DNA of 63,961 nucleotides, the filler included, from Octopus bimaculoides (Eukaryota): assembly GCF_001194135.2 (NCBI RefSeq). It is 6 parts of 6 records of this genome, joined end to end, with 100 filler letters (N's around TTAATTAATTAA, not from the genome) between each part and the next. Parts side by side here need not be neighbours in the genome. Positions count along the whole stretch, not along the records: positions 19,133 to 49,742 come from NC_068986.1; positions 49,843 to 58,309 come from NC_068991.1; 4 more parts are not named here. The stretch is one strand, 5' to 3'. The notes beneath the pieces were generated by a model. That model searched no databases. It had not been told where the DNA came from and saw only the letters and a program-made list of their open reading frames with translations. This document shows, in pieces, positions 38,641-53,002 of this stretch (within the stretch, counting starts at the first letter, position 1; each line of letters begins with the position of its first letter). The translations under genes were made by a program, and so were the position numbers.

Positions 38641-38770
38641 TATGATGAGTATTAAGACCTGGATTTTATATGGAAGTGTGACACGCGTCCATTCCAGATA
38701 TTTGAAGAAAAGTTTCATTTCTAGTGTGCCACAAAGTCTGATTATCGTTATGAAGATGGTAACGCATTTA

Positions 38771-39580
38771 CGAGGTGGTATCAAAAAGTTCCTGGACTAG
38801 TTGTATAGCGGGCCAACAGAGGGCAGCACATGGTTGCGTGCGCAGTGAGAGCTAGTAGTGTTCTTCATGAGGCATTATGCTGAGGGACATTGCTATCTTT
38901 CCTTCGAAATTTGTGAAATTTGCGTGTTTTCCATCACGTGTATACTGTAGTATACAGTGGGAACAGAAAGTTTTGCGTTAAGCTCGGAAAGTCTGCTATA
39001 AAGACATTGAGTACGCTTCGGCAAGATTACGGATATTCGGCAATGGGTCGCAGGCATTTTAAAGGCTAACAAAACAGCAGAAGTTCAATCAAGAGATTGC
39101 TAAACATTTTCTTTTCGACATACGCGATAACGTGCATCGAGAATTCATCCTCCAGGGCCAGACCGCTGCGAAATGTTTGAGGGATGATATTCGACAAAAG
39201 CGATCAGATCGGAGGAGAGCGAAGAATTGGATTCTTCACCGAGCTCTCTTCATTCGCCAAAACAACATGGTATCGCTTCCACAGCCGTATTCACCAGATT
39301 TTGCAACTGCGAACTGCAATCTCTTTCCCAACATGAAAATACAATTCAAAGAACGCCGTTTTAAGATCGTTGTCGGGATCACGAACGAATCGCAGAAGGT
39401 TCTCGACTCGCTTACGCAAACGACCACCAGGTGGGATTCCAAAATCGGCAGGAATGCTGGGACTGGTGTAATGTTGCGTAAGGTGACTATTTCGAATAAG
39501 ATGATGTTCAAACGTAGGAAAATTAGTTATTTTCTTATCAAATATAATTAGTCCGGCAACTTTTTGATGAGCAAACCTCT
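38771..39580 (+). mobile_element. Internally deleted mariner-family element with both TIRs
   Basis: TIRs CGAGGTGGTATCAAAAAGTTCCTGGACTA / TAGTCCGGCAACTTTTTGATGAGCAAACCTC, with TA on the left. Transposase remnants VHREFI..GQT, NWILH and PQPYSPDFA (YSPDLAP motif). Confidence 0.85.
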
Positions 39581-42332
39581 GTTCTCCTGACAACCATTTC
39601 GAAGACTTCTTGGCACGTAGCCAAATCAGCAAGCACGACGTCACTCAATGGCGCTTCCACATTCCCTNNNNNNNNNNNNNNNNNNNNNNNNNNNNNNNNN
39701 NNNNNNNNNNNNNNNNNNNNNNNNNNNNNNNNNNNNNNNNNNNNNNNNNNNNNNNNNNNNNNNNNNNNNNNNNNNNNNNNNNNNNNNNNNNNNNNNNNNN
39801 NNNNNNNNNNNNNACCACCACCGCCGCCGCCACCACTACCACTGCCGCCGTCACTGCCACCACCACCACCACCATCAGCATCATCATCATTAGCATCATC
39901 GACGGAAATTGCAAAGGAAAAAAAACATATTGTCCATAAGATGTACACATTAAAAATCATCGGTCACACTTTAAATATAAATCTTTGGTATGTAATTCTC
40001 ATCAAGACAACAGCATCAAAAGATCGGTGAAATGAACGACGTGAATAATGCCGTTTTAGGACACAGAATACTTTGATTATTACCACATGGACCTCTCTTA
40101 TGGTTTCGTGTTGTATATAAGCACACTTATTTATATTTATATTGCTAGCAGCGTAGTAGCTGCTACTTCTAGTAGCCACCTGTTTATTATTGACACAGCC
40201 AAGAGGGCAGAGATCACGTGAAATGGTAGGCTTGGTAGTGGCTATGGCGGAGATTGTCTCACGCTAGCGATGTAAACAAGAGTATTTGTATGCAGCATAC
40301 AACCAGTTTGAAGGTTCTCTCATGGTGTCTATAGCAGTATTCTGTGTTCTAACAAAAGATCCACTCTTAAGTGCGTGTGTGCGTGTGTGTGTGTGTGGGG
40401 GGGTAATTATTACTTTTAGGTAGTAATACTGCTTCTGTCGCGATTAGTTACAAATAAAACAAATTGACAAATATAAAATCAGAAATCGTGTTATTGAGCA
40501 GGGACCCCCAAAATGGATTTGGTGGGTTGTAGGCAGCAATGTAAATGAATTCGGAATATGACACATATGTCTGCTGATTACACTGCGTCGCAAATGCCTC
40601 CTGTCTCTTTTAATCCCTAATCCCAGATAATATTCTGAGACAAAGTATTACACCAAGAGCTGTTTCACGCTTGTTTAAAAAATTTGAATGTTATACACAT
40701 AGAAATTTTAATGTAATGCAGTTTCAAGTACGTATACTAAATGAAATCTACACAGTTTACTATTCGTACAAATTAATAGATGCTTGGAAATCATTCGTCA
40801 CACATCTGTGACCTTTTCAGTGAAACTTTCCGTCCTCATGTATCATCCTGCTCCTCTTAGTCCATTCTAGATGTTTGTTTACTGAATTCTACATCGGGAC
40901 AACCAGTTTTCGGTCTGTTTATAATAACAGTGAGGAGGCCAAATATTATCAAAACAGCTTATCTTGACGTCCGACGACATTCTGAAGGAGTCCTGGGTAT
41001 TTTTATACACATGTTTCTTTAAAATGTTTCTGTGAGACAAGATATTACTGATAGTGACGATGCAAGTTTGTATAGAAATTTATTCACACACACACATACA
41101 CACACACACAATAAAATCACGCAGAGACATACTTCTTGTTGTAGATGCATGTGGGAGTGAGAATTTCAATTGGATGAGTGACGTTGTTTCGTTTCTTATT
41201 GAACAATAGAAGTATGGTTTGCAGCCGTTATTGATTAAACTATCCGTTTAGACTTCTTTTGGGGATATTTTTATTGTTAATGAAACCGTACTAAAAGTCA
41301 ATGAAATGAAAATGAAATAAATGCGATCAGAACGTAGAAACAATGATGTTGATTACAATAATAATCTGATTGTTTCATTTTACTGTTTAGTCTACTCTCT
41401 TTCTATTGCTTCTTATAATGCTGTGATTACATTAATAGCGGACATTCTAGAATTGATTGAATGTGAAATGCTGTTAGCACAGATTCACAAATAAGATTAT
41501 GTAGTTATATTTGAAAATACACCCGCATGTGATAAATGCTTAAATAGTGGTAAAGTAATTTTGTTAGTTTTGGCTGTCAAGTAGAATGTCTGAAACTCAA
41601 CCTGGGTGTTCGTATTACCCTAAGGGACATGAGAAGAAGTAATTTATATCTCGAGTTAATTACTAATTAGGGAACGATAAATTATGTATAGAGTGAGATT
41701 TTGTTTATTACATATTATGGCAGCAGCTGTGTTTTATCATCTCTCTGTAGAGCATGAAAAGTATTATCATGTTTATGTAAGCGGCATAAAGTGGTGATAA
41801 ATATCTTTATATCTGTAATACGTATAATATAAATTTAAAAGTTTTGTCGTGAAAATGCACTGACAAAATATATTAATCTGGTATTTATACGCAACTGAAT
41901 AAATTTGAAACCACTTGAAATGAAGCACATTACTCAAGGGTAGAACACGCCGCCCATTCGGGAAATAGAATTCATATTTGGTTGTAAGCCAAATATGTCT
42001 AACAGCTTAGCGTTTGTTTTAGTATTATGAATAAAGGTATTTTCAAGAACGGATAATCTGTTTTGTTATAATATTCTGTCATTTTACTAATTATCGACTA
42101 TCGAAATATAGGAAGACACTCAGTATATCTGAGATGTGTGTATTTATGTAGCCTTCTGTGCATGTTTTTATGGGAAAACTGAGAATTTCGGTTCAAGGCA
42201 CATTGTATGGAGGCAGCTAAGGATCTTTTGTGCAAATCCAAGCCAGCTTGAATTTCGTTCTGGTTTAGAAATAAAAAAGTAAATATTGGCTTCGAAATAT
42301 TTAATTAATAGGATTTATCAATACATGTTTTA

Positions 42333-42363
<31 letters not shown>

Positions 42364-42892
42364 CCATATATATATATATATATATATNNNNNNNNNNNNN
42401 NNNNNNNNNNNNNNNNNNNNNNNNNNNNNNNNNNNNNNNNNNNNNNNNNNNNNNNNNNNNNNNNNNNNNNNNNNNNNNNNNNNNNNNNNNNNNNNNNNNN
42501 NNNNNNNNNNNNNNNNNNNNNNNNNNNNNNNNNNNNNNNNNNNNNNNNNNNNNNNNNNNNNNNNNNNNNNNNNNNNNNNNNNNNNNNNNNNNNNNNNNNN
42601 NNNNNNNNNNNNNNNNNNNNNNNNNNNNNNNNNNNNNNNNNNNNNNNNNNNNNNNNNNNNNNNNNNNNNNNNNNNNNNNNNNNNNNNNNNNNNNNNNNNN
42701 NNNNNNNNNNNNNNNNNNNNNNNNNNNNNNNNNNNNNNNNNNNNNNNNNNNNNNNNNNNNNNNNNNNNNNNNNNNNNNNNNNNNNNNNNNNNNNNNNNNN
42801 NNNNNNNNNNNNNNNNNNNNNNNNNNNNNNNNNNNNNNNNNNNNNNNNNNNNNNNNNNNNNNNNNNNNNNNNNNNNNNNNNNNNNNNNNNNN

Positions 42893-42946
<54 letters not shown>

Positions 42947-42948
42947 TC

Positions 42949-43037
42949 TGACGGGCTTCTTCCAGTTTCCTATTACCAATTCGACTCAAAAAACTTTCAT
43001 GTGTTCGATGCTATAGTCAAAGACATTCACCCAAAGT
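42949..43037 (-). mobile_element. SINE family B, internal fragment
   Basis: GACGGGCTTCTTCCAGTTTCC.. aligns with the family B body; it abuts (TA)n and a gap. Confidence 0.6.
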
Positions 43038-43096
43038 ATATATACATATATACACACACATTATAGTTGAGAGGCACAGAAATATACGCGCACTGA

Positions 43097-43161
<65 letters not shown>

Positions 43162-43616
43162 CTATATCATTATATATAAGGTTAGTTGAGTTAGAGTTTA
43201 CAATAACTGTCTAAGGGATAATAGTATCCAAGACACTACCGATGTACTACCTGTATTTAGAAAGGACCAAAAATTTGATGCTTAACATTTATAGGTAAAG
43301 ACAAGGGCAACCAAGAATTAATGAGGAATCAAAATTTAAAGAAAATAGAAAATGCAGATAACATTGATGAACAACAATGGATATATAATAAACAATAATT
43401 GATGCCAATCAATTGTTCATCAATATTATCCCCATTATATATATATATATATCATATATGAGAGGTATTCGTATCTAGAAGATCCAAAGATTGGTAGGTA
43501 ACGCTGTGGACAGACTGTAGTTAAACTCTAGGTTAGATAGTGATACGAGTAAGGAGTGTAATGTGGGCCTGGTATTAGCATGCGCATATATGTGTATAGA
43601 CATATATATATATGGT

Positions 43617-43729
43617 AGACAAAATGAGATAACAAAGCCAGGACATTTCCAGGACATTTATAAGGAAAAAGGTATAGTTATAGTCTTACATATGTTTCTG
43701 GGATATTTTGGACATCCCTTCATCAGAGA
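43617..43729 (-). ncRNA. Repeat unit beginning with a minimal type-I hammerhead-ribozyme-like motif (43684-43729)
   Basis: Minus strand: tct CTGATGA a GGGATGT ccaaa ATATCCC a GAAAC atat GTA aga. Core CUGAUGA/GAAA, 7-bp stem II, palindromic stem III ACATATGT, GUA cleavage triplet, 3-bp stem I. A non-canonical A.A closes stem II. Confidence 0.55.
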
Positions 43730-44160
43730 AGGTGTGAGATGGTTAAATATAGGTATAAATTTGAGTTGGAAATAAGGAACTAATATGGAAAAGGAGGAAA
43801 TAGGGAATATAGAGTGTAATAAGTGAATGAATGTAAAAAAAAAATGTAAAGATATTGTAGTTGCAGTTCCTTTATTCGAGGAAAGTGTGTATATATGTGG
43901 TAAAAACGTTTCATGTACATGTTATATAAGATCCAATTGTAGTTAATGTTTAGTCATTTCAAAGTATGGAGCCGTGGATTCTGTGTTGCTCATTCGAAAG
44001 TGTCTTGTGGTGTGAATGATAATTTAAGAATCTATTAGTAGTATTTGTGGATAGATGCGGGCGTGAGATGTGTATGATTATAATGAGGAGATATGTCAAC
44101 ATGAAAACAGGAAATAAAAATGAGAGAAAGAAATTGAGAAAAAGAAACAAGATAAAAAAT

Positions 44161-44270
<110 letters not shown>

Positions 44271-44440
44271 GAGAAAAAGTGAGAAGAGTGAAAAATAATG
44301 ACGGAGTGCTAGTTGCTCGTCAAAATAATATGAGAGCATGGGAAAGGGTGGGGGAGGCATTGGAATAGATGCGAAAGGAAGGGGTGAAGAAGTGTGACCC
44401 AAACAGTGGCAGGTAACGCTGAGTAAGTACTATGGACAGA

Positions 44441-44563
44441 CCTCTGATGAAGGGATATCCATAATATCCCAGAAACAGATATAAGACTATATCTATACCT
44501 TTTTTCCTTATACGTCTCCTGCAAATTTCTCACAGCCTTGCCTTTCTTACCTCATTTTGTCTA
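44441..44563 (+). ncRNA. Second, inverted copy of the hammerhead-like repeat unit (motif 44441-44486, likely inactivated)
   Basis: cct CTGATGA a GGGATAT ccata ATATCCC a GAAAC agat ATA aga. It shares the downstream CTATACCTTTTT..CCTTATA...CTCATTTTGTCTA + (TA)n with the minus copy. Confidence 0.45.
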
Positions 44564-44569
44564 ATATAT

Positions 44570-44736
44570 AGGCACAGGAGTGGCTGTGTTGTAAGTAACT
44601 TGCTTACCAGCCACATGATTCCGGGTTCAGTCCCACTGCGTGTCATCCTCGGCAAGTGTCTTCTCGGGCCTGACTAAAATGCTTTGTGAGTGGATTTGGT
44701 AGACAGAAAATGAAAGAAGCCTGTCGTATATATATA

Positions 44737-44830
<94 letters not shown>

Positions 44831-45035
44831 TGTGCATCTGTGTTTGTCCCCCACTATCGCTTGACAACTGATGTTGGTGTATTTACGTCCCCTTAACTTA
44901 GCCGTTCGGCAAAAGACACCGACAGAATAAGTACTAGGATTACAAACAATAAGTCCTGGGGTAAGTTTGTTCGAGTAAATGTAGTACTCCAGTATGGCCA
45001 CAGTCAAATGACTGAAACAAGTGAAAGAAAAGAAT
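44570..45035 (+). mobile_element. SINE family B, full-length, long internal (TG)n
   Basis: Head AGGCACAGGAGTGGCTGTG, internal (TG)n at ~44740-44835, tail CAGTCAAATGACTGAAACAAGTGAAAGA. Confidence 0.9.
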
Positions 45036-48000
45036 AAAACAATATGTGTGTGTTTGCGTGCATGTGTGTTTCTGTGCGTCTGTGTCTGTGTGTATCTTCA
45101 CGTTCCGCGTCTTCTCCTTTACTGTCTCACGTATTACAGATGCGATGTTGATGGGAAGTTATCTGTAATTTCAATTAATTTGCTCATTCGCGCATTGCAG
45201 ATCAAAGGTGATGGTGCATCTCTCAGACGAGCAGGCACGAAGATTACTGCCGGTAGAGACTTGTAAAAGTTTTGTTGAAGTCATTTTATTCTTTCTTTCC
45301 TGTAGTTTCGTCCAGTTGACACAGCAGAATTTATTACAGTCATCCACCAATGTTTGCACTTTGATTCGTCTACATAACAATCAAGCCATCCGCATCACTG
45401 AGATGTCGCATGATGGCATCATTATGACAAACGTCCAGGCGCCCTCTTCGACACCTTCCACATTTCACTTTACTTAGCTTCACAGCTTCAGGGATCTTAG
45501 CATCATCCATATGTATATCGCGTTCAATCAACTGCAAAAGCTATTCCACTAGCGTAGACTCAATGCAAATGATACTTGCTCAATGCATGGCATCGCTTTT
45601 GCAGGTGTGGCCCTGCCAAAAAATGTTTCTTATTGATTGTATGTAGCAAGACTGGCAGTTTATCATCTTGCACATATGCCGTCATTATAGTGTGTACTCA
45701 TCAGTAGGTCATGACAAACTAAAAGACACTGCTGCTCGATAAAATGTACGCGTTGATTATATCAGGTTATCCCATAAGTTCTGTCAGATTTTACTTTTTT
45801 AAAATTGAATGGAATTTAATAATATTTTAGAATGTCTAATGGAATTAAAAATTATTTTTCTGCATTTGTGTACATTTAAACTAATTAAATATTATTTTAC
45901 AGAATAATAGAATTACAATTTCTATGATTAAAACCCTTTCGAACTTGGAAGTATTTGAGGCACATAATACTTTATGAGTAAAAAAAAGAAAAGAAAACTC
46001 TGTAGCCGATGTATATATATATGCTTATATANNNNNNNNNNNNNNNNNNNNNNNNNNNNNNNNNNNNNNNNNNNNNNNNNNNNNNNNNNNNNNNNNNNNN
46101 NNNNNNNNNNNNNNNNNNNNNNNNNNNNNNNNNNNNNNNNNNNNNNNNNNNNNNNNNNNNNNNNNNNNNNNNNNNNNNNNNNNNNNNNNNNNNNNNNNNN
46201 NNNNNNNNNNNNNNNNNNNNNNNNNNNNNNNNGAGTGTGTGTGTGTGTGTTTGTGTGTATATATATAAAATATGTATGTGTGTGTTTTGTGTATACGCAT
46301 AAGTGCAAGCGTCTTTCAGCATTGAAATGAAAATGCATTTACTGAAAAATTGTGCTAAAATATGAAAATGATATATCACATCAGAGTTTCTAAAAATCTG
46401 ATATGCTAAAATGATAATTAATCTTCAAACTACATCCATTAGTAATGCTATGCCACCAATGTTAAGTTAATATCTGATCAAGAATTTTGGGAAAAATCTA
46501 CTAGGTTTACACAGTTGTTTTTAGGCCATTAAGGCATGTGCGTTTACGCGAAAATATTTATCTTCCGAAATCTATTGGTTTTCTAAACGTGACGTTTTAA
46601 TCTGCTAATATTTAGATTTGGAAATTGAAGTAGATAGCTATCTGAAAATCATTATTGAACGACGTGTGAAAGTAAAGCAAATAATCTGATGTTGGAAAAT
46701 CCGTATTATCTGCATTTTAACATTAAGCCATTGCAGTTTCCTGTTATTCAGCTTAAGGCTTTCCAGGACATAAAATATGCCATTGAAGTTCCAATGAAAA
46801 GGAGAATGTTTGATAGTCAAAGTGATTCCATGGATATAATTGTTTTTGTCAATCCATCAAAGCATTATTTAAATGTAGTCCATTTAGCACCATAAAAATA
46901 CACAATATCCAATATTCATATATATATATACGCAAGTAAAATTGCTGTTGTGCAGTACGGGGCCAGCTCTGTTCGAACAATCCGTTGGCACACAAGTGGT
47001 CAGTTGTAAAACTAGTTGCAATTCAAATATATGCTTCTTCCATTGTATCATGCCTACGTCTTAGCTTGGTAACTAATTACATACTCCGATATATGGTGAA
47101 TTGTAAGGCTTAGTATGACAGTGTGGATAATTTCTCCTCAGCACTGTGTATATCCTAACACCCTTGGTTCTGGTATTTGTCACAGCGGACATTAACGAAT
47201 CTAGGTTAAATTGAGATTATTACATTGATTAATGATACAATTTTGAAAAGACTTGAGATATTGCACATTGGTTTCTCTCTACCTCTCCCTCTTTCACCCC
47301 TCTCTCTCCGACTCTCCCACTCTCTCCACTCGTTACTCTCTATTTCTCTTGTATGATCTACTAATATAAGAATTTGAAATTGATTTCGACCAGACTTTAA
47401 AATCAAATAGAAGTCTTTTCTCACTCACTGAATGCTTACCAGCATGTTACACTTCTCAAATTTAGGGTTATCTCTTTTCGTTTGTGAAAACCATTTAATG
47501 TGTCAATGTAGGAAGAACGGTGCCTTTCAGACGGAACTTTGATGTCTCAGAAGAAAGGGACTTACATCGAAATTGACTTGTTTTGACATGGCGCAGGATT
47601 GTGTTATTCCTTACAATGGAAGATGTCAAGTGTGATATTGATTGTTTCATTCCTGACAGGCATTGGTGTTCCATATGATAGGAAATGCCTTCACTCAGAC
47701 CACGCACTAGAATCATCAAGAGCATATATTTTGCTTTAGGGTTACAACGGTTAATGATATTATTTTGAAAATGTTAATCATCTAGGTAAATATCCGGAGA
47801 GCATTGTCGGAGATAGATTTCATTCCAGGCCATGAATATATTTCAAACCTCTAATGTGCTCTGAGAATAGCTTAATGTCTCAGCGTCCAATTACTTACCA
47901 TAAATTTCTGGTGAAGCTTAATTAAGATACGAAAACTACTTTTTTATCTGTACTTTTAGAATATACTTCATAATGTTCAGAGTATGAAGAGAGATACCTT

Positions 48001-49651
48001 TAAAAGATGCATTTCTTGATTTTTGGTTATGGAGCGAATATCAAGCGGTGATTAGTAATTTGATTTTTAATGCAGGAAAAACTGACGTTTGAGATTTCGA
48101 ATTTCGTTTTCCTTTACACTTTTAACCTGGCCATTAAAACACTACTTCATGTCTACACTGCCTGTCACTCTTTCATTTTGCTTGGTTGGCCTGTTTCTCT
48201 CTTTGGTGACCTCTGTTTATTTTAGTTCTCCTACTCTTACGCACACACTGGCACACGTTTGAATATTCTTTCTTTGAAAATCTATAGCAGTTATCAGGGG
48301 GTGGAGTTCTAATTAAAGGACACCACGCTTTTGCGGCCCGTTATAATCAGACGTGATTTCCGTTTGCCATATACAAATGTCGCGTGACTTAATATAGCTA
48401 ATTACTTTACTTTTCTGCGGCGAAGAAGTGAATTTGACTATAATGAATATAAATTCGAATTCTAGCAATTATTACGCTTTTTTTTCGTTTAGTTTAAAGT
48501 CAGCTCAGTCAAACTCACAGAGAAATGTGAACAAGGACATAATATATATATAAAATAAACAAATTCTATTGTTTGATATATTTGAATCATTAATTTTGCA
48601 TTAGAGTTTTTTTGTTACAATGGCCTGAAATCACAAACGAATAGAATATATTCAGTTGAACTAATCACAGTAAATGACTTGTAGTATATAATCTAATGAG
48701 GTTGGAAAAATAAAATGAAATGTAAACTCAAATGCTTGTGATATTCATTCTTGATTCTTCTAACTTCAAATTTATCCAAGTTATTTGTATTTGAAAATAT
48801 AAACACTACGCTACTCGGCTGAATTGTGTAATGCGCAATCAGCAAAGATATAGACAAATGGCTGAAGAAGACTGAAATAGATTGCCCGTTAGAGCTCCTA
48901 CAAAACGATTGTCTCTTAGGGATAGCAAGGATTAAAAAGAGTGTTCTAAGCACTTTGAAGACTGGAGAAACCTCGTGGGTGACTAAGGTTGTATTTTCTT
49001 GTGTCGAAACTTGTATACTTCATAGCGAGACATCACCCACATATTCATGGATGCGTTTGCGTACACAATTTCATTTAATATAGTCCAATAGATCGCAGAG
49101 CAATTCTATCAAAACTTCGCTTAAAGAAGAAAAGATCCAATTATAAATAGATTTAAAGTATTTTGTTACCCGTATAGAGCTTTCCGTGATCAAATGGAAA
49201 CAATTGAACATATGGTAAAAATACGTATTAGTCTATCATTAAAGTAGCAACAATATGTGCATTCATTATAACGGATCTCGAAATATTTATTGAGTGATGA
49301 TATCAAACTAAATATAGTTTAAACAAGGTTTGTTACTTGTTGTTTTCTTGAAAATTGAGTGAAATATTGCAAGAAAGAAAATGACGTCAATTTAAACGAC
49401 ATCAATAACCAGGTTACAAATATAACACCGAAACTAGGGGAAATTCTTAAAAATAAATTAAAAAATTCAATTATCAAGCAGACGAAAAATATAATGAAAA
49501 TAACGTTATGTTTATTTCCTTCAAAGGAGGCTCTATTTAATTTTCAACAGAAATGCTTTTACTCTTGCTGTCTCTTTATTCTTACACACACAACCACGTA
49601 TACACGTAGTGCTAACACGCACACATACACACTCACGATTATATGTATATG

Positions 49652-49683
<32 letters not shown>

Positions 49684-49709
49684 ACTGTGTCTATAAATCT
49701 ATTTATACT

Positions 49710-49742
<33 letters not shown>

Positions 49743-49955
49743 NNNNNNNNNNNNNNNNNNNNNNNNNNNNNNNNNNNNNNNNNNNNTTAATTAATTAANN
49801 NNNNNNNNNNNNNNNNNNNNNNNNNNNNNNNNNNNNNNNNNNGCACGCACACACACACACAAAAACAATAATTGTATATACGGCCATGGTGTTTAGAGCA
49901 CATTCGGTTACCTCATAATCATGTATGTATGTATGTATGTTTGTATGTATGTATG

Positions 49956-49988
<33 letters not shown>

Positions 49989-49989
49989 G

Positions 49990-50048
<59 letters not shown>

Positions 50049-50494
50049 CTTTCTATCTATCTTTCTATCTAGCTAGCTAGCTACAGGTATAGGTATAGAT
50101 ATCTGTTGCAAGCGTAAAGTAACGATAAAAAATACCAGCAATAGCTAGATTTGATCACAAAACGTAAAGAAGCGTTACTAAATACTACAACCATTTTTAT
50201 TGTCTTCTACAGATTCAGAAATGCTCCGTCCTATTTATAGCATACTACGCCATATTGAGAGCAAACTACGCATTATCTACAACAACCACCGAGTTTTTCT
50301 TTTAATTGTTTGTCTATCTAATTATTCACCTATTTATCAAAATAGATACTTAAATAAATATTCCACTCCACAGCTGTGTTAGCAAACGCTGACTGATGAC
50401 ATGAGAAGATTTACCTAATTTGCATTCCTCAATCACTGTTTCCTGCTGTGAATATCACGCCATCTTTTGTTTTAAAGCTGACTAGTGTAATACA

Positions 50495-50525
<31 letters not shown>

Positions 50526-50950
50526 GTGTGTGTGTGCATGTGCACGCATGTGTGTGTACGTACACACATACATGCATACATACATACATGCATGCATACA
50601 AACATGCATACATGCATACATACACGCATATATAAATGGATTTGGTAATGTAAACAAGAAAATAGAACTGAAAACATGAGTATATATAATATTTTTATAA
50701 CTAATAATAAGGATCTTTTTTAAAACGGGGGCCACATTTTTCATTAACGAAACACTTTGAAACTTGGAACACTGGTAGAATGTGTCATATAAAACATCTT
50801 TTTCTCTTAGTCTTCTTAAAAAAAAAAAGAAATCCATAAGTTATTCCATGTTAAAGTTGTCGTATTTCTGTAATTTCAACCGATCACTGACGTCCATTCA
50901 GCCGATATACATTAAGTGCCGACTACATAAACAAACGATTCTGAAACAAT

Positions 50951-51018
50951 TAACCCTAACCCTAAACCTAACCCTAACCCTAGGGTTAGGGTTAGGGTTA
51001 GGGTTAGGGTGAGGGTTA
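50951..51018. repeat. Interstitial telomere-type repeat palindrome (CCCTAA)n-(TTAGGG)n
   Basis: TAACCCTAACCCTAAACCTAACCCTAACCC TAGGGTTAGGGTTAGGGTTAGGGTTAGGGTGAGGGTTA read directly from the sequence. Confidence 0.9.
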
Positions 51019-51816
51019 AAACAAATTTAAAATGAAAAAAGCAAATAAAACGAAGGTATGGAGATTAAATNNNNNNNNNNNNNNNNNNNNNNNNNNNNNN
51101 NNNNNNNNNNNNNNNNNNNNNNNNNNNNNNNNNNNNNNNNNNNNNNNNNNNNNNNNNNNNNNNNNNNNNNNNNNNNNNNNNNNNNNNNNNNNNNNNNNNN
51201 NNNNNNNNNNNNNNNNNNNNNNNNNNNNNNNNNNNNNNNNNNNNNNNNNNNNNNNNNNNNNNNNNNNNNNNNNNNNNNNNNNNNNNNNNNNNNNNNNNNN
51301 NNNNNNNNNNNNNNNNNNNNNNNNNNNNNNNNNNNNNNNNNNNNNNNNNNNNNNNNNNNNNNNNNNNNNNNNNNNNNNNNNNNNNNNNNNNNNNNNNNNN
51401 NNNNNNNNNNNNNNNNNNNNNNNNNNNNNNNNNNNNNNNNNNNNNNNNNNNNNNNNNNNNNNNNNNNNNNNNNNNNNNNNNNNNNNNNNNNNNNNNNNNN
51501 NNNNNNNNNNNNNNNNNNNNNNNNNNNNNNNNNNNNNNNNNNNNNNNNNNNNNNNNNNNNNNNNNNNNNNNNNNNNNNNNNNNNNNNNNNNNNNNNNNNN
51601 NNNNNNNNNNNNNNNNNNNNNNNNNNNNNNNNNNNNNNNNNNNNNNNNNNNNNNNNNNNNNNNNNNNNNNNNNNNNNNNNNNNNNNNNNNNNNNNNNNNN
51701 NNNNNNNNNNNNNNNNNNNNNNNNNNNNNNNNNNNNNNNNNNNNNNNNNNNNNNNNNNNNNNNNNNNNNNNNNNNNNNNNNNNNNNNNNNNNNNNNNNNN
51801 NNNNNNNNNNNNNNNN

Positions 51817-51862
<46 letters not shown>

Positions 51863-52449
51863 CACGTGCACACATCTTATAGATGGTTGTTAGAGAGTGG
51901 TGTGAGGGACCTCTTGCTTTCAGTCTTACATCTGTCGAATCAACTGTTGCCACGTTGATTCCAAAGTTGATTCGATACTGACATATATGTTAATCCGAAA
52001 GGTTGCCTTTTAATCCCAGTATTCAATTTTCTAGTATACAGAAGCACTTCAGCCTGCTTCAGGGATGCTTTCTGGAAACGTTTAAATGACCATCATTCCA
52101 GTTTCTTACGTCTATACGAAAGAAACTTTGTCCTAGATCTTTGTTTATTCAAGTGACGTCCAACAGATACGTTAGGTGTTAAACAATCAAACAAGAAACA
52201 CCAGTCCTTATTCTATCACTAGTGCTGTGCTGACTTCAACAGCCAAATTAAGTTCTCAAGCAACTGAATGTCAACAGTTAGCAATAGATAAGAACGCCAG
52301 CGTAATATCTTAGAATAGTGTTTTACTACTTAGAATTGGTGAAATTTAAATTCCTAATAACTGATACACGGAGAGGAAAAATGTCTGCTCTTTTGATTCA
52401 AGGTTTATTAAACCGTTACTTAACCTGATTTCCCGGCGCTTAACCAAAT

Positions 52450-52620
52450 TAAAGTACCAAACCCTGTCACCACTCTCTGAATGGGACGTCCGTCTCTCGC
52501 AGGGTTGCGCACGACGTCAGCCTACGAGCGGTCGCTGGAATTCATTTTCAACAGATTTGAGTGAAGGTCCGTGAACTGAAGTACCTTCCTCAAGGACACA
52601 ACATACTGCCCAGTGTTAGA
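52450..52620 (-). mobile_element. Old degraded SINE fragment
   Basis: GGGACGTCCGTCTCTCGCAGG and GAAGTACCTTCCTCAAGGACACAAC resemble reverse-complemented V/CORE-SINE motifs. Confidence 0.35.
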
Positions 52621-53002
52621 ATATACAATACAATATACTGGATGTATTGAAGACGGCGTCCACAGTCTTATTGGTTACCGTAGACATTTACACATTGACA
52701 TTAAAAATCACTTATTATGATCACTTTAGACAAATAAGAATAATCTGTTGATAACAATAACGAGCTGATAACACGAAGCAAATAGAAAGTTTCGGACCCA
52801 CTAAATTTGACGACTATAAACGATTAATAACATTTATTTATTTATTTTGTAACATATCGTAAAGGAAATTAATAGTACGTAACTTTATAACAAAGTACAG
52901 AGTTATCTCCCTGAACATTCCAAGGGCGTTAACTCGAAGACTAACTATGTAACATATCGATTACGCCAATGAATCTCACTGTACCGTATTTATTGACGGA
53001 TT

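Noticed and set aside
45208-45477. 89-aa ORF in a non-repetitive region with an AGATCAAAG (TCF-like) site nearby
   Set aside because: No family motif; single short motifs are not evidence of a regulatory element.
50951-51018. Ancient telomere-telomere fusion site
   Set aside because: The repeat polarity is opposite to that produced by end-to-end fusion.
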